From contig OZ218954.1 in NCBI GenBank assembly GCA_965112735.1, positions 3,658,001-3,722,000 of the forward strand: a DNA stretch of 64,000 bases. Reading direction: 5' to 3'. This document shows, piece by piece, positions 49,201 to 60,762 of the stretch. Position 1 is the first letter of the stretch. Every line of letters begins with the position of its first letter. The translations under genes and the position numbers were made by a program. The notes below the pieces were generated by a model. The model did no database searches. It saw nothing but the letters and a program-made list of their open reading frames with translations, and was not told the DNA's origin. This DNA is from Phaeosaccion multiseriatum. Taxonomy: Eukaryota > Protista > Ochrophyta, other classes.

Positions 49201-49334
49201 GCGCTGAGAGGAAGGTGCCGCTTCCTGGCGAAGACGCGAAGATACCGCACCTGCTCTTCGAGGGCCCTCCATACCCCCTCCTGCCGGCTGCCCCTTGGGC
49301 GGCGAGGGAATGATAAATGGCGAGGCATCCGCAT
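46246..49334 (-). CDS. BABAM2: BRE/BRCC45 (BRISC and BRCA1-A complex member 2)-like protein; multi-exon
   Basis: N-terminal VKWLV...EPPDLL...LPSLGRW...LTRLVLDL. C-terminal WEKRRDIVAGF, VLEYDALDYS and RFSPRW match the recalled BRE pattern (KRREYIAAF, VEYDA, YSPRW). The 3' end and one junction are uncertain. Confidence 0.7.
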
Positions 49335-49685
49335 CTGAAGCAGAAGAGGAGACAAGAGAAGAAAGAGAAGTCAATGAATTGCATGGTCTTGGGCCGAGGC
49401 GCGTTTTCAATCCTTCGATTCATCCCTCCTCCTCCCTCCTCCTCCCACGTTCAATTAATACTCTGCAAAATAAAGCTGTCCTCCCTGAAATAAACTGAGC
49501 TTGGAAGTCACTCCCACACCTTCATAAGCAGATCCATAGTGCATGCCTAACTGTCGCACTACCTCCGGCAACTTTGGAAAAATCGGCATGATGACCAGCG
49601 TCTAGCGTAGAAGAAAAAAGTCAGGCAAGCTGTTGTGCGCGTGCTCGTGCGCTCCTTGGGCCTGAAGCTGCCTACGGCGTCAGCA

Positions 49686-50717
49686 ATGGAATGCAGAGAA
49701 CTCTTGATCGAGTGCGCCCGGAAGGAGTCTGCTGCCCATCCCGTCGCTGTGGAGGAGCGCTGTATCATTCTGAGTGGCGGGGTCGATACCTGCAGCGTGC
49801 TGGAGGCGTGCAAGCTGGCCGGCGTCGGATTCGGCGGTGCGATCACGGTCTTCACATCCGAGGCGGCCACCGATCGGCCCTACGCGTGCGCGATTGCCGA
49901 GAGCCACGGCTTGGAGCACCACGTGATCGACGTGACGCTCGAACAGCTCATGGAGCAGACCCTCCCGGCCTGCGTCAAGCACCTGCAGACGTTCGACGGC
50001 ATGGAGCTGCGCAACTCAATGGTGGTGACGGCGGCCCTACAGAAGGCCCAGCAGCTCGGCTTCAAGCAGGCCTGGACCGGGGATGCAGCAGATGAGCTCT
50101 TGGGGGGCTACTCCTTCACGTGGCGGTCCGAAGGGGCCATGTGGACCAAGTCTCGAGCAAAGATGTGCGCGGAGTGGACCTTCTCAGCCCCCGTCATGGG
50201 CGCAAGCCTCGGCCTGACCACCCACAGCCTGTTCATGAGGCCGGACTTCACCAAGTGGGCACTCGACGAGCCGGACCGCCACTTCTTCATCGGGGAGCGC
50301 GAAATCGAGGTTAAGCCCGGGGGGGAGCGGGTGATGCACATGACGGGCAAGCTGCCGCTGCGAGAAGCCTTTCAGGACGAGGCGCTGAGTGCGTGGCGCC
50401 GGAAAGACCCCATCGAGGTGGGCAGCGGCAGCACCAGGCTGAGCCAGGACAGCTTCTGGACCGACATTGTCGGCGCGACTGCTGAGAGCGAGCGCATCCT
50501 TCGAGAAGACAAGGTGGTGATACGCAACGCGGAGCACCTCATCTACTACAGACAGTTCCTCAAGCAATTCCCAGGCGGGGTGGTGCCGGGCAAGCAGCGA
50601 CACGGCAGGCTGCCGTGCGTGGGGTGCGGCTACGAGCTCAAGAACGACAAGGCCAAGTTCTGCCACGTGTGCGGAGCGTGGCCGGCACAGGAGGTCAAGG
50701 ACGATGACGCGGCGTAG
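49686..50717 (+). CDS. Asparagine-synthase C-terminal (PP-loop) domain protein lacking the glutaminase domain, with a C-terminal CxxC...CxxC; intronless
   Basis: ILSGGVDT, TGDAADELLGGY, GKLPLREAF, WRRKDPIEVGSG, CVGC...FCHVCGAWP. Confidence 0.85.
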   Translation: MECRELLIECARKESAAHPVAVEERCIILSGGVDTCSVLEACKLAGVGFGGAITVFTSEAATDRPYACAIAESHGLEHHVIDVTLEQLMEQTLPACVKHLQTFDGMELRNSMVVTAALQKAQQLGFKQAWTGDAADELLGGYSFTWRSEGAMWTKSRAKMCAEWTFSAPVMGASLGLTTHSLFMRPDFTKWALDEPDRHFFIGEREIEVKPGGERVMHMTGKLPLREAFQDEALSAWRRKDPIEVGSGSTRLSQDSFWTDIVGATAESERILREDKVVIRNAEHLIYYRQFLKQFPGGVVPGKQRHGRLPCVGCGYELKNDKAKFCHVCGAWPAQEVKDDDAA

Positions 50718-50904
50718 GCAGAAGGCAGGAGGCAGGTTATGCCATCCGCTGCCATCGGCTCAGCTCAGCTCAGTTCAGATCAGCTCCTGTGGTGTGTTGC
50801 ACAGGTGGATAGATAGGCAGGTAGGTAAGTCAATAGGCAGGTAGGTAGTTGAGTCAAAAGCCAGGTGGGTGAGTTCGGCTCCATGCACGCCTAGCGGCCT
50901 AAAA

Positions 50905-50996
50905 TTCAACCCCTGATGCACTATCCGCTATCCGCTATCGCCGGCGCCAGCCGATCCGCTATCCGCTATCGAGAATGTGGGCGATAGGGGTTTGAA
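50905..50996. mobile_element. MITE-like short element, copy 2
   Basis: TTCAACCCCTGATGCACTATC...GAGAATGTGGGCGATAGGGGTTTGAA; shares most of its length with 1427-1540. Confidence 0.6.
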
Positions 50997-51085
50997 AGGA
51001 CGCCCGTGGTTTCCAATCTGTGAACCATGTGGTGGACCACCAACTTTCCCTTTTTCTGCTTTCCCCCCCACTTCCTTTCCTCGGA

Positions 51086-53272
51086 ATGTCTTCCCGATTA
51101 CTGCTGCGGGTATTGCAGAAGCAGGGAGTGGGTGTACGGGGGAAAGGAGGGGGTGCAGTAGCAGCAGCAGCAGCAGGAGGAGGAGGAGAAAGAGCGGTGC
51201 AGTCGTCAGGGCAGGAGCAATCCAAAGGCAGACCATGCTTTGCTGCTGCTCGCGCGTACACGCATAGCCGCAGCAGACTACTGTTGAGGCTGCGAGAGGG
51301 TAGACACTTTACATCTTTTGGGCATTCTGCTGCTTCTGCCTTCTCTACGGACGACTCGCTTGAGCAGGCGGCCCCTGCCGCTGTGGAGGATTCGCCGCCA
51401 AACGCAAAGCGCGCAGAGGAGCTCTTGCTGGAGATGGGCGAGGCGGAGGGGGAGGAAGGGAAGGACTTCACACAGGCGCTGCGCCTGCTCAAGGAGGTGG
51501 AGGAGGGGGGGCAACCCCTGACCTTGCTGCTGTTGAACGCCTGTCTGGAAGTGTGTGCAAGGGGCCGCGAAGGAGAGGCGGCCGAACAGCTGCTGCTGGA
51601 CACGCGGCTCAGCCCCGGGGTGGACGCGTACAATCGAGTGCTATGCGCCTACGCGGAAGGGCCCCAGCCTGAGAAGGCCCTGCAGTTGCTGTCCCGTATG
51701 CGAGAGGAGGGGGGCGTCAAGCCCGACGGGAACAGCTACTCGGTTGTGTTTGTCGGCGCCTGTGCGAAGCGCAAGGGCAGCGCCCCGAAAATGTTCTCGG
51801 CCATTCTCGAGCTGATGAAGGAGGATGCGACCCGCCTGGGCAAGGAGGGCATGGAGCTCGGCTTCGAGGCAGCCATCGCCAGCAGGTGCAAGAAGACGGA
51901 CAGGGGGGCGGGGCGGCTGGTGCTCAAGGATATGCAGGACAGCGGCTTCACGCCGGACGAGCGGCACTACCGGATGGCCCTTCGAAGCTGCGCAGCGGTC
52001 GGGGACGTGGTGGGCTGTCGCCAGCTGCTGAAGGAGCAGAGGGAGGGGGGCATCCCGCCAGACGACACGTCGTACCTGTGGGCCTTGCGGGCGTGTCAAA
52101 AGGGGGGGGAGGAGGCCTGTCTGGAGCTGCTGCACGAGATGGAAGACATGATGGGTGTGCAGCCCTCGAGCGGCACCTACGACGCGGCCATCCAGTGCTT
52201 GGCCGAGGCGGGCAAGAAGGACGAGGCGGTGAGGCTCATGGGGGACATGCAGGAGCGCCACAATCTCACCCCGCAGCTGAGCACCTACCTCACGCTGCTG
52301 CGGGCCTGTGCCAAGGTGGTGGATCACCAACACGCCGTGCAGTTGCTGAGACAGGTCTCGGGGCTGGAGGGCGCAGAGCTCAAGGAGGAGCATTACGTGC
52401 CCGTGCTTCAAGCCTGCGCAGCCGCCAAGGACCTCGGCCAGCTCCAGGCCCTCTTCGGGGAGATGGCAGCAGATGGACACGAGGCGGTCAACCCCCCGGG
52501 GATGAGCAAGGCGCCATCCCCTGGTCCCAAGGCGTATGCCTGCGTGCTGGAGGCGCACAGGGCGGCAGGGGCGTGGAGCGAGTGCGCGGCGCTGTTCAGG
52601 GGCATGCACCACAAGCACGGAGTCACCCCGACCAAAAGACACTACGTGGCCGCTGTGGGCGCATGCCTCGACTCTGGCGAGGAGCAGCAGGCGCGTCAGC
52701 TCCTACGAGAAATGCGCGAGTCAGGGGTGAACATGAGCCACACCCTGTCCAAGAGCCTGCTGCAGCTCAGCGAGGAGTGCGGGGCCCTCCGGCTGGCAGA
52801 CGACTTGTACAGCGAGGGGCTGGAGGAGGGGCTCTATCGCAGCCACTGGAGCAGGACCAGCCAGGGGGGGGTTGAGGGGGGCCGCTTTGTAGACCTCAGA
52901 GGCTATGGGGGGGGGCTCATAATACGGACAGTGCTGCGCCATGTTGTACACAAGGAGGGGGTCTTTAGAGGGGACAAGAGCGAGGGGGCTGAGGACAAGA
53001 GCAAGGGTAGCGATGAGGACAAGAGCAACAAGAACAAGAAGGGGAAGAAGGACAGCAAGTTGACGAGCGTCGTCATCAAGACCGTGCCCACACGTGCACG
53101 AGAAGGAGGAGGAGCGCCACAGCGTGACAGCACGGAGGTGAAGGATGGCGCCAAGGCCGTGCTTGCCTGCGCGGAGGGGTTGGGGGTGCGCATGCGCAAA
53201 CTTGAGGGTGGAAGAAACGCCATACGAATGACGCCGCTTCACCTTGAGGAGTCAATCGAAAAAAATATATAG
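51086..53272 (+). CDS. Pentatricopeptide-repeat protein, probably mitochondrial, with a degenerate C-terminal SMR-like region; intronless
   Basis: Arg/Leu-rich presequence MSSRLLLRVLQK. About 10 35-aa repeats (e.g. AYNRVLCAYAEGPQPEKALQLLSRMREEGGVKPD, TYDAAIQCLAEAGKKDEAVRLMGDMQE). C-terminal VDLRGY...VVIKT. Confidence 0.9.
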   Translation: MSSRLLLRVLQKQGVGVRGKGGGAVAAAAAGGGGERAVQSSGQEQSKGRPCFAAARAYTHSRSRLLLRLREGRHFTSFGHSAASAFSTDDSLEQAAPAAVEDSPPNAKRAEELLLEMGEAEGEEGKDFTQALRLLKEVEEGGQPLTLLLLNACLEVCARGREGEAAEQLLLDTRLSPGVDAYNRVLCAYAEGPQPEKALQLLSRMREEGGVKPDGNSYSVVFVGACAKRKGSAPKMFSAILELMKEDATRLGKEGMELGFEAAIASRCKKTDRGAGRLVLKDMQDSGFTPDERHYRMALRSCAAVGDVVGCRQLLKEQREGGIPPDDTSYLWALRACQKGGEEACLELLHEMEDMMGVQPSSGTYDAAIQCLAEAGKKDEAVRLMGDMQERHNLTPQLSTYLTLLRACAKVVDHQHAVQLLRQVSGLEGAELKEEHYVPVLQACAAAKDLGQLQALFGEMAADGHEAVNPPGMSKAPSPGPKAYACVLEAHRAAGAWSECAALFRGMHHKHGVTPTKRHYVAAVGACLDSGEEQQARQLLREMRESGVNMSHTLSKSLLQLSEECGALRLADDLYSEGLEEGLYRSHWSRTSQGGVEGGRFVDLRGYGGGLIIRTVLRHVVHKEGVFRGDKSEGAEDKSKGSDEDKSNKNKKGKKDSKLTSVVIKTVPTRAREGGGAPQRDSTEVKDGAKAVLACAEGLGVRMRKLEGGRNAIRMTPLHLEESIEKNI

Positions 53273-53473
53273 GAAAGTCGATATTCATTGACTTACCCTG
53301 TTGATCTTTTGGGCTCCGCTCTCTCTCTCTCTCTGTGCACAGCATATATAGCGTCGATCCTTGCAGGACTTACGGGGGAAGAGCGTAAAACCCACTTGTC
53401 GCAACTTCCACCCAGAAAGAGGGAAGAGAAGGAGGAAAGGAAAGCTCGACGCGACAAGCCTCCCTCTCTCGAA

Positions 53474-54843
53474 ATGGCTGTACGTGCGCGATGCAGCGAG
53501 GCCGCGCGGACTGTGCTGCGCCAGTCTGAGCGACAGCTTCCTCAGCGGCGCCCACTCCCCAGCGGGTTGATCCTCTCCCAGGCAAACCCTCTGATGCCTC
53601 CGCACAGCCTGGGGTGTGGAGCAACAGCGGCAGTGCAGCACAGACCGTTTGCCGCGAGGGCGTGGAGGGAACGGAGGAGGAGGGAGAGCTGCTGCGGTAA
53701 TCGAGTGAGGCATCAGGCACTTGGTGGGGTAGCGCCAGCGCAGTGTGCTCGGTGTACTCGGTGGTCTATTAGGGAGATGAGTACATGCTCAAGCACCTTG
53801 AAGGAGGGGAACTTCCACACGCTGGCAGACGAGACGCTAGAGCACATACAGGACTCCGTTGAAGGTGGGAACAAGGTGGAGAAGAGGCAATTCAGAGGGA
53901 GTGTACGTGGGGAGACGCTTGGGCAGGGGGGCAAGGGGGCAGGCGGACTGAGGTGGGCAGGTATTGGTCAGGGGAGCAGGGGGGGCAGGCCTATTGGAAC
54001 ATTGATCTGGGTGTTTTTGATTGCAGTACAGACTTGGCTAGTGACTGTTAAGTGATTGGCTGACAGATAGCTGTTTAGACTTGGCGAGTGACTGTTGAGT
54101 GATTGGCAGGTAGATAGCAGTCCAGACTTGGACAGTGACTGTTTAGTCATCGGCAGATATCACTTTGTCCCTTCCCTCGACGCGACTCTCCCTCTTCTGC
54201 CCTGCCCTTGACGCCCCCCCCCCCCCCTTGCCCTGCTCGACGCTTGAGCTGGCTCGGCCCGCCCCTCTCACTCGGCTGCCCTCTAAGCTCCCTTCTGCAC
54301 CCTCTACCCTCCACTGCCATCCCCTGACAGCCTGCCTGGAGGACGGCTATGCAGACGACTTCGAGGTGAACATGTCACAAGGCGTGCTGACCATCGTGGT
54401 CACGGCACCGGCCAGGGGGGGGGAGGTCACTTGGGTCATGAACAAACAGGCCCCTAACCAGCAGGTAAGAGGGGAGGGGAGGTGCCCAAGTAGGCGCAGA
54501 TCGGTCGGGCCTTGATCGAAGATGGCTAGCGGCCCTAATCGTTCGTATCGTACCAGGGGCGGCAGGAGGCCCCATGCCCCATGCCCTCCTTATGCATGCC
54601 CCCCTTGTCGCCCATAACCACCCACACCGTGCTTCCCCTTGTGTCCTCCCTTCTGCGCTTGACATGCGCTTGACATGCGCTGGACAGGTGTGGTGGTCGA
54701 GTCCGTTGAGCGGGCCCAAGCGGTTCGAGTGGCTGGCGGAGGGCGAGGGCGGGCAGTGGGTCAACACGCGTGACCAGAAACCTCTCTTCTCTCTGCTCGT
54801 GGAGGAGATGGAAGAGGTGTGCGGGGTGCGGTTGGAGCTGTGA
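53474..54843 (+). CDS. FXN: Frataxin, mitochondrial. Exons 53474-53864, 54331-54464, 54688-54843.
   Basis: FHTLADETLEHI, SQGVLTI, TWVMNKQAPNQQ|VWWSSPLSGPKRFEW; long Arg-rich presequence. Confidence 0.93.
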
Positions 54844-55923
54844 AGAGGAGGCATCTGGCTTAGGCTTCGTAGTGGGAGCTCGCCGACAAACGCCAACGAT
54901 AACTCTCTTCGTGACACACAAACACAAAAACGCTTGGGTCATGTTGGTACGCCCCAAGCAGAGCAGTTGGTGATACAGAGCAGAGAAAGCAGAGCTTCGA
55001 AGGTGCTTGAAAGAGGCGCTTCACTGACTTCAGGCGACACAGAAGAGAGAGTCGTCGGAAATAAAACCATCCACTGCCATCCCTGTCTTAATCAATCGTG
55101 TTGTGAGAGTTAGGTGGGGCTGCCTTCGAGTACCCGTTGGAGCCTTGCGAAGCGAAGTCAACTTTTCCCTGCTCCCCCATGCCCTCTGCTGGGCCTCGGT
55201 GGGCCCCCACCTCCTCCTCCCAGGCGAAGCCTCCGCTCCTCCGCCACACAGCCACTGTATTACAAGAGCTTTCATGCTACCAGTGAAGGGTACCCCTCCT
55301 CTCCTCCGCTATGATAAATCAAGCGGAAGGCCTCAATGGCCCTCCTCCCTCCTCCTTGCTGCTCTGTCCTCCTGTATGGCACTCCCCCCACTTCCACCCT
55401 CCTCCCTGCCCTCCCTCCTCCTTCCACCCTCCTCCTTGCTGCTCCCCTCTTGGCCTCGCTGGTCCTGGCCCTGTACAATGTCCCTGGGCACTGGCCCTGG
55501 GCAGGCAGGGGGGGAGAGCACGCCTGGTCACCCAGGGGGGGAGGCAAACGCCCTCGATCCAGGGGGGGCAAAGCGAACACATTCTTTGTCTGCTCTCCCC
55601 TTCCACATCATCATCCCTCGTCCTTTCCTCCCTTTGCACACCCACCCCTGGCGCCTCGCCTCGACCTTTTGTATCACCAACTGTTGCACCAACTCGTGTT
55701 CGTGCCGCATCAAGACTGCAGAGCTCCTGCCTGCTCTGCTGCCCCTCGCCGTAGCTGCCGTGTACTGTGCTATGTGCTGCTTACTCTCTTGCTCTGCGTT
55801 GTGCAGTCAGACAGAGAGAGGAAGGGGCAGAGAGAGAAGAGCCCTCGAGCTCGGCAATGCAATAGAGTGCCGTGCCCCACCCCTGCCGCTGTAGAGAGGG
55901 CATCAGCAGCACCACAGATGGCG

Positions 55924-56022
55924 TCAGCAGATGACGCACGCGGCGGAAGCGGCGTTCGGGTCTCCCTGTCGAGGTGACATGCAACGAACGAGCACCGCAG
56001 CAGGGGCAAAGGCGGAGTCAGG

Positions 56023-56062
<40 letters not shown>

Positions 56063-56111
56063 AGGTGAGGGTGAGGTGAGGGTGAGGGTTAGGGTGAAGG
56101 TGATGGTGAAG

Positions 56112-56180
<69 letters not shown>

Positions 56181-56243
56181 AAGGTGAAGGTGAAGGTGAG
56201 GGTGAGGGTGAAGGTGAGGGTGAGGGTGAGGGTGAAGGTGAAG

Positions 56244-56293
<50 letters not shown>

Positions 56294-58300
56294 ATTATAG
56301 GGTGTAGCGCTTGATATAGGGGATGGGCTTGGTTGCACTTCGCTCGCTTCACCCTCCCCATACGCCTCCATCTACACCGCCTTATCCCCTCCACGCTACG
56401 CCCTACCCATATGCCTCTTTCTACCCGCCTCTATCCATGCCATCCATACCATACACTGCCATCCACTGCCGTCCACTCCATGCATGCCGTCACCCACCTG
56501 TTCCTTGAGCAGCTTGCACACGGCCTTGTGCTGGCCTGCGAGGGCAAGGTCCCAGGGGCTCTTGGAATCGTTGTCCTTCATCGTACATAGCTCAGTGATC
56601 TTCTCGTGCGATCCTGCCTGAGAGCACAGCAGTTGGTGGTACAGGGCAGAGGGGAGGGGAGCACCAGAGAAGAAGAGAGCGCAGAGGAGAGGGCCAGAGG
56701 GTAGCGTTAGACAACCAACCCGGGAGGGGGGGGGGGTCACATGACGCGGCTGACAATGTGAGGAGAGAGGTGAGTCGCGAGCCACACACACACACAAGGA
56801 AGGCCATACAGAGCCTCAGCTCTGCTCAGCTCTGCTCTGCCCGTCAAGTCTATGCTCTACCCATGAAGTCTTTGGTCCACTTGCCCCTCTCCCCTTTCTC
56901 GTACGCCTCTATATGATGCCTATGTACGCCTCTGTGTGATGCCTATGTACGCCTCTGTATCATGCCTATGTACGCCTCCGTATGCCTCCGTCTTACTTTC
57001 TCAAGCAGGATGCGCACGAGCTCCACCCTCCCTCCCTCACAGGCGCTCATGAGGCCCGAGGTGCCTGAAACCGTCGTGGCGGCAAGGTTGGGGTCCTTGG
57101 TCAAGAGCAGCTCCGTGGCCTGAGACATTGGGGGGGGGAGACCCAACCAGAGGAGCCCAGCGATGCATCCAAGCGTGATGGGGAGAGAAAGGAGGGGAGG
57201 GGAGGGGAGGGGAGGGGAGGGGAGTAGATTCGGCGTGAGGAAGGGGATGGCAGTAGATGGGGAGGCGAGGGGAAGGAGGCGGCCGGCCCTCCCCAGACGA
57301 CCCCACCCGCCTCGCAATTCAGAGCTCCCACGCACACACGCACACACGCACACACACACACACGTACTTACCTCCTTGTGGCCGCTAATGCACGCCCAAT
57401 GCAGCGCCGTTCTGCCGCTCTTGTCCGCCTGCTCGTGTGGTGCTCCCTGAGGTGACACAGCAGATGGCGATACATCAGTTGGTGATACAGACACAGCAGC
57501 GCGAGGCACTGCTAGGAGCCCCCCTCTCCAAGCAGAGCAGAGACTGACGTCACATGGACAGCCCCCCCCCTCCTGTCCTCACACCCCCGGGGCTGTCCCT
57601 CTGCCAGCTGTGAGCCCCCCTGCATGAACATACCTTCTCGAGGAGATACGTGATGACGGCGACGTGGTTGCCCCCCGCCGCTCTGTGCAGGGCCCTCCTC
57701 TCGGCTGCTCCGGGGGCGTTGACCTCAATCTCGCCGCTCTCGACAAGCTCCTTGACCTTGCCTAAATCTCCCTGATGGGCAGCCTGAGATAACAGAGAGG
57801 AGGGGGGTAGGAAGGCGGGGAGGAGAGGAGTGGAGAGGAGAGGAGAAGGGAGAGGAAAGAAGAGGAGAGGAGAGGAGAGGAGAAGGGAGAGGAAAGAAGA
57901 GGAGAGGAGAGGAGAGGAGAAGGGAGAGGAAAGAAGAGGAGAGGAGAGGAAAGGAGAGCAGAGAGGAGAAGGGAGCAAGGGAATGAAGAGTGAGGTGAGG
58001 AGAGGAGAGGGGAGGGGAGGAGAGAGGAGAGGAAGATAGGGAGGGGCACGCAGCACGCACCCACATGCACGTAGGGAGGGTCTCGGGATAAGGGGTGTGG
58101 TGTCAAGTGCTTGGACACTATCTTCTAGCGCTTAGACACAGTCTTCCCTTCGTCGCAGCGCGCGCGTACTGCTTCCGCCCCCACTCTCTCTCTCTCTCCC
58201 TCTCTCTGTGTGCTCCAGACATGCCTCGCTGCTGCTGCTGCTCTACTCTGCTGCTGCTTCGCTGCTCGCCTCACCTTGTGTAGCTCCGTATCGGTCGGCA
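55924..58300 (-). CDS. Small ankyrin-repeat protein with a C-terminal CaaX box (CVIC). Exons 58300-58274, 57784-57634, 57446-57372, 57119-56997, 56617-56498, 55965-55924.
   Basis: ELHK|AAHQGD, ALHRAAGGNH, GRTALHWACISGH, LMSACEGG, KSPWDLA. All junctions are phase 0 GT-AG. Ends GDPNAASAACVIC*. Confidence 0.85.
56021..56293. repeat. (GGGTGA/AGGTGA)n telomere-variant-like intronic repeat
   Basis: About 45 hexamers, including one TTAGGG unit near 56089. Confidence 0.9.
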
Positions 58301-59188
58301 TGGTGAAGCCGGCACGCTAAGTTCAGCCCTCTCAAAACGGCCCTACAACTACGGCCCAGCAAGTGCCTGCCTGCCGGGTTAGAGGGGAGGGACAGCGATG
58401 GGTTAGGGTTAGAGGGGTGGATTTGATGTGCCCCTTCTTTCCATCGGTGCACAGCCGGGCAGGGCAGGGCAGGGTCCGGCAAATCGTCGAGGGCAAAACA
58501 CGCTGAAGCAAAAGGGACTCTGCATGGCGCAATAAAACACAAAGCCATGCTTCTAACGCTGCGCGCAAGGCACACCAACACCCACTGTACCCCCGAGCCA
58601 AAAGGGAAAAATAAAGGGGCCCTCAAGGAGGCCGGGCCGTACTATCGCCGGGGGGGGGGGGCTCAAGGACTGTGGAGACGAAACACACACTCGGGCACGC
58701 TCTCTCCGTGGACAACGCGAATCCCTCCGCATAGATCAGGCATCGAACCCCCCGTCTCCCTCTCCGGCAGACCACCCCTCCCTCCCCTTTCCCCCCTCCT
58801 CTCCCCTTTTTCCTTCCTCACCTTCTCCTTTACTACTTCTCTTTTATCGCTTCCTCTGCTGTACGGGGCCTCGAGGCTTAATGGCACGTATCATCTGCCT
58901 GCCACTGCACAGCAAGGCTTTTGTGTAACAACAAACCCACAGTTGCAGATAACAGCATTAAAAAGACGTTGGCGTGGCGCTCCCCAAACTACTGCTGCGG
59001 TTCCTGCTGCTACTGCGGGTGCTGTCGCTACTGACACTGGGCTCGAAGGTTGTGAAGGCGCCGTGATGAGCCGCGATGAGGACGTGTTGGAACAACAAAT
59101 CAACCAAAAGTGGTTGGGCGGTTGTCATGGAAACCTAACGCAAGGGATTTGTGGGCTTTTGGTAAGCCGTGGAAATCTGATTCGGTCT

Positions 59189-60762
59189 ATGGAGAGGGCC
59201 GAGGAGGAGAGGACGGTTACGGAGGAGGAAGAGCACGAAGAAGTGAGTCTGAACCTGACTTCCTTCCAAGAGCACCCCCAGGTCAGTGAGCGAAGAGCAG
59301 GGAGAGCAATGGAGTTTGCCTCACGGCCGCCTCGGCGCTCCAACGCAGAGCACTGTGTCCATCCAAGGCCTTTGCGTGCACCTCAAAGCCGCGCCTGAGC
59401 TCTCCCCGCTGGACCTGCTCCTCCTCGCCGATGAACACGTCGACACCACGGGTGGGTAATTAGGTGAGAGCGAAAGGGGTGCAAGCTACGCTAATCAGGA
59501 TGATTGTCTGTGCTCGCAGGGCACCGTCTGTGGCTGGGAGGGAGACTTCTCTGCCACTGGCTCCTGAGCAACAATGCGGTACTTCACCTTTCCAATGCTG
59601 TGGTGGTGGAACTCGGCTCGGGCACAGGGCTAGCGTCAATTGTGGCCGTCAAGGCAGGAGCAAGCCAGGTAGGAGAGAGGAGGGGGGCAGGGCGGCAGGG
59701 CAAGGGGTTTGGGGAAGGGGGGAAGGCAAAGAGGGTCACAAGGGGGTAAGGGCCGAGGAGAGGAGAACCCTTGGAGCTCACCCTTCCTCCCCTGCTTCGG
59801 TCTATTGAAGCTACGATGGGTGCAAAGCAAATCGCCCCCCCTCCTGACACACCTTCTTGACCCTCCTCGTATTGCATTGGAGAAGGTCATCATGACGGAC
59901 ATGTAGCTAACCCTTGGCCCTCCTCTTATTGCATAAGGTCATCATGACGGACGGAAACGCCGACGTACTGGGCTTGGCGCTCCAAAACGCCCGTCTAAAT
60001 GGCGTCGGCACAGCTGACTCTAGCCAAGATGAGCGAAGCCAAGAGGACGGGGAGAAGCACAGCGATGACAATGGGGCTTGTGCCTCCTCCGCACCGCCCC
60101 TCCCTCCCTGTGTGGCCATGGCGTGTGAGTGGGGTCCCACTAAGGGTACCCAAGCTCTCGTGGCAGCGACGCATGCAGCCACACATGCTTGCTTCAAGGG
60201 GGCGGCAAGCGGCAAGCGGTATGAGGAGGAGGAGGAGGAGGGCAGTCAGCGGCAGGGACGGCAGGAGGAGGAGCGGCGGGGCGGGGTGTCGCGGACTGGG
60301 TGTACAGGAGGGGCAGGAGGAGGGACAGCAAAAGGGACAGCAAGAGGGACAGCAAGAGGACGGGCGACAATGGGATGCGGGGAGGTCGCGTCCCTGCCTG
60401 CGTGTCCCTCCCTGCTGGTGATGGCAGCGGACGTTGTGTACGACCTGGACGTGCTCGAGCCGCTCTTTTTCACTGCGGCCAAGCTGCTAGGAGGGGGGGG
60501 GGGAGGAAGACAGGGCACAGACGATGGGGGCAGGCGGTGCTTAGCCCTGTTCTTGCTTGCCTTCGTGCCGCGTTGCAGCTTCGAGAGCGTCCTGAGCGAG
60601 GTGGGCAAGGCAGCGGAGAGGCACGGCCTAAGGGAGGCAGGGGGGGGGGGGCAGGGGGGTCTGTCCAGGCAGAGGGCGGCCGTCTATGTCAAGGGCGAGC
60701 CGGACCTGCTGGCAGAGGCGGAGGACTGCGGGGCCTTGACACTCGTGTTCGAAAGGGGGTAG
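59189..60762 (+). CDS. METTL21/Methyltransf_16-family protein lysine methyltransferase. Exons 59189-59281, 59368-59451, 59520-59668, 59938-60762.
   Basis: DTT|GHRLWLGGRLLCHWL, VVELGSGTGLASI, VIMTDGN, CEWG, LVMAADVVYD. Confidence 0.88.

Noticed and set aside
51641-52875. Long antisense and alternate-frame ORFs over the PPR gene
   Set aside because: Expected shadow ORFs of a GC3-rich CDS; no recognisable motifs. The same applies to those over the SNF2 and AsnB-like genes.
55103-55977. ORFs of 213-263 aa between frataxin and the ankyrin gene
   Set aside because: Low-complexity, no domain motifs or consistent splice pattern; likely 3' UTR or intergenic.
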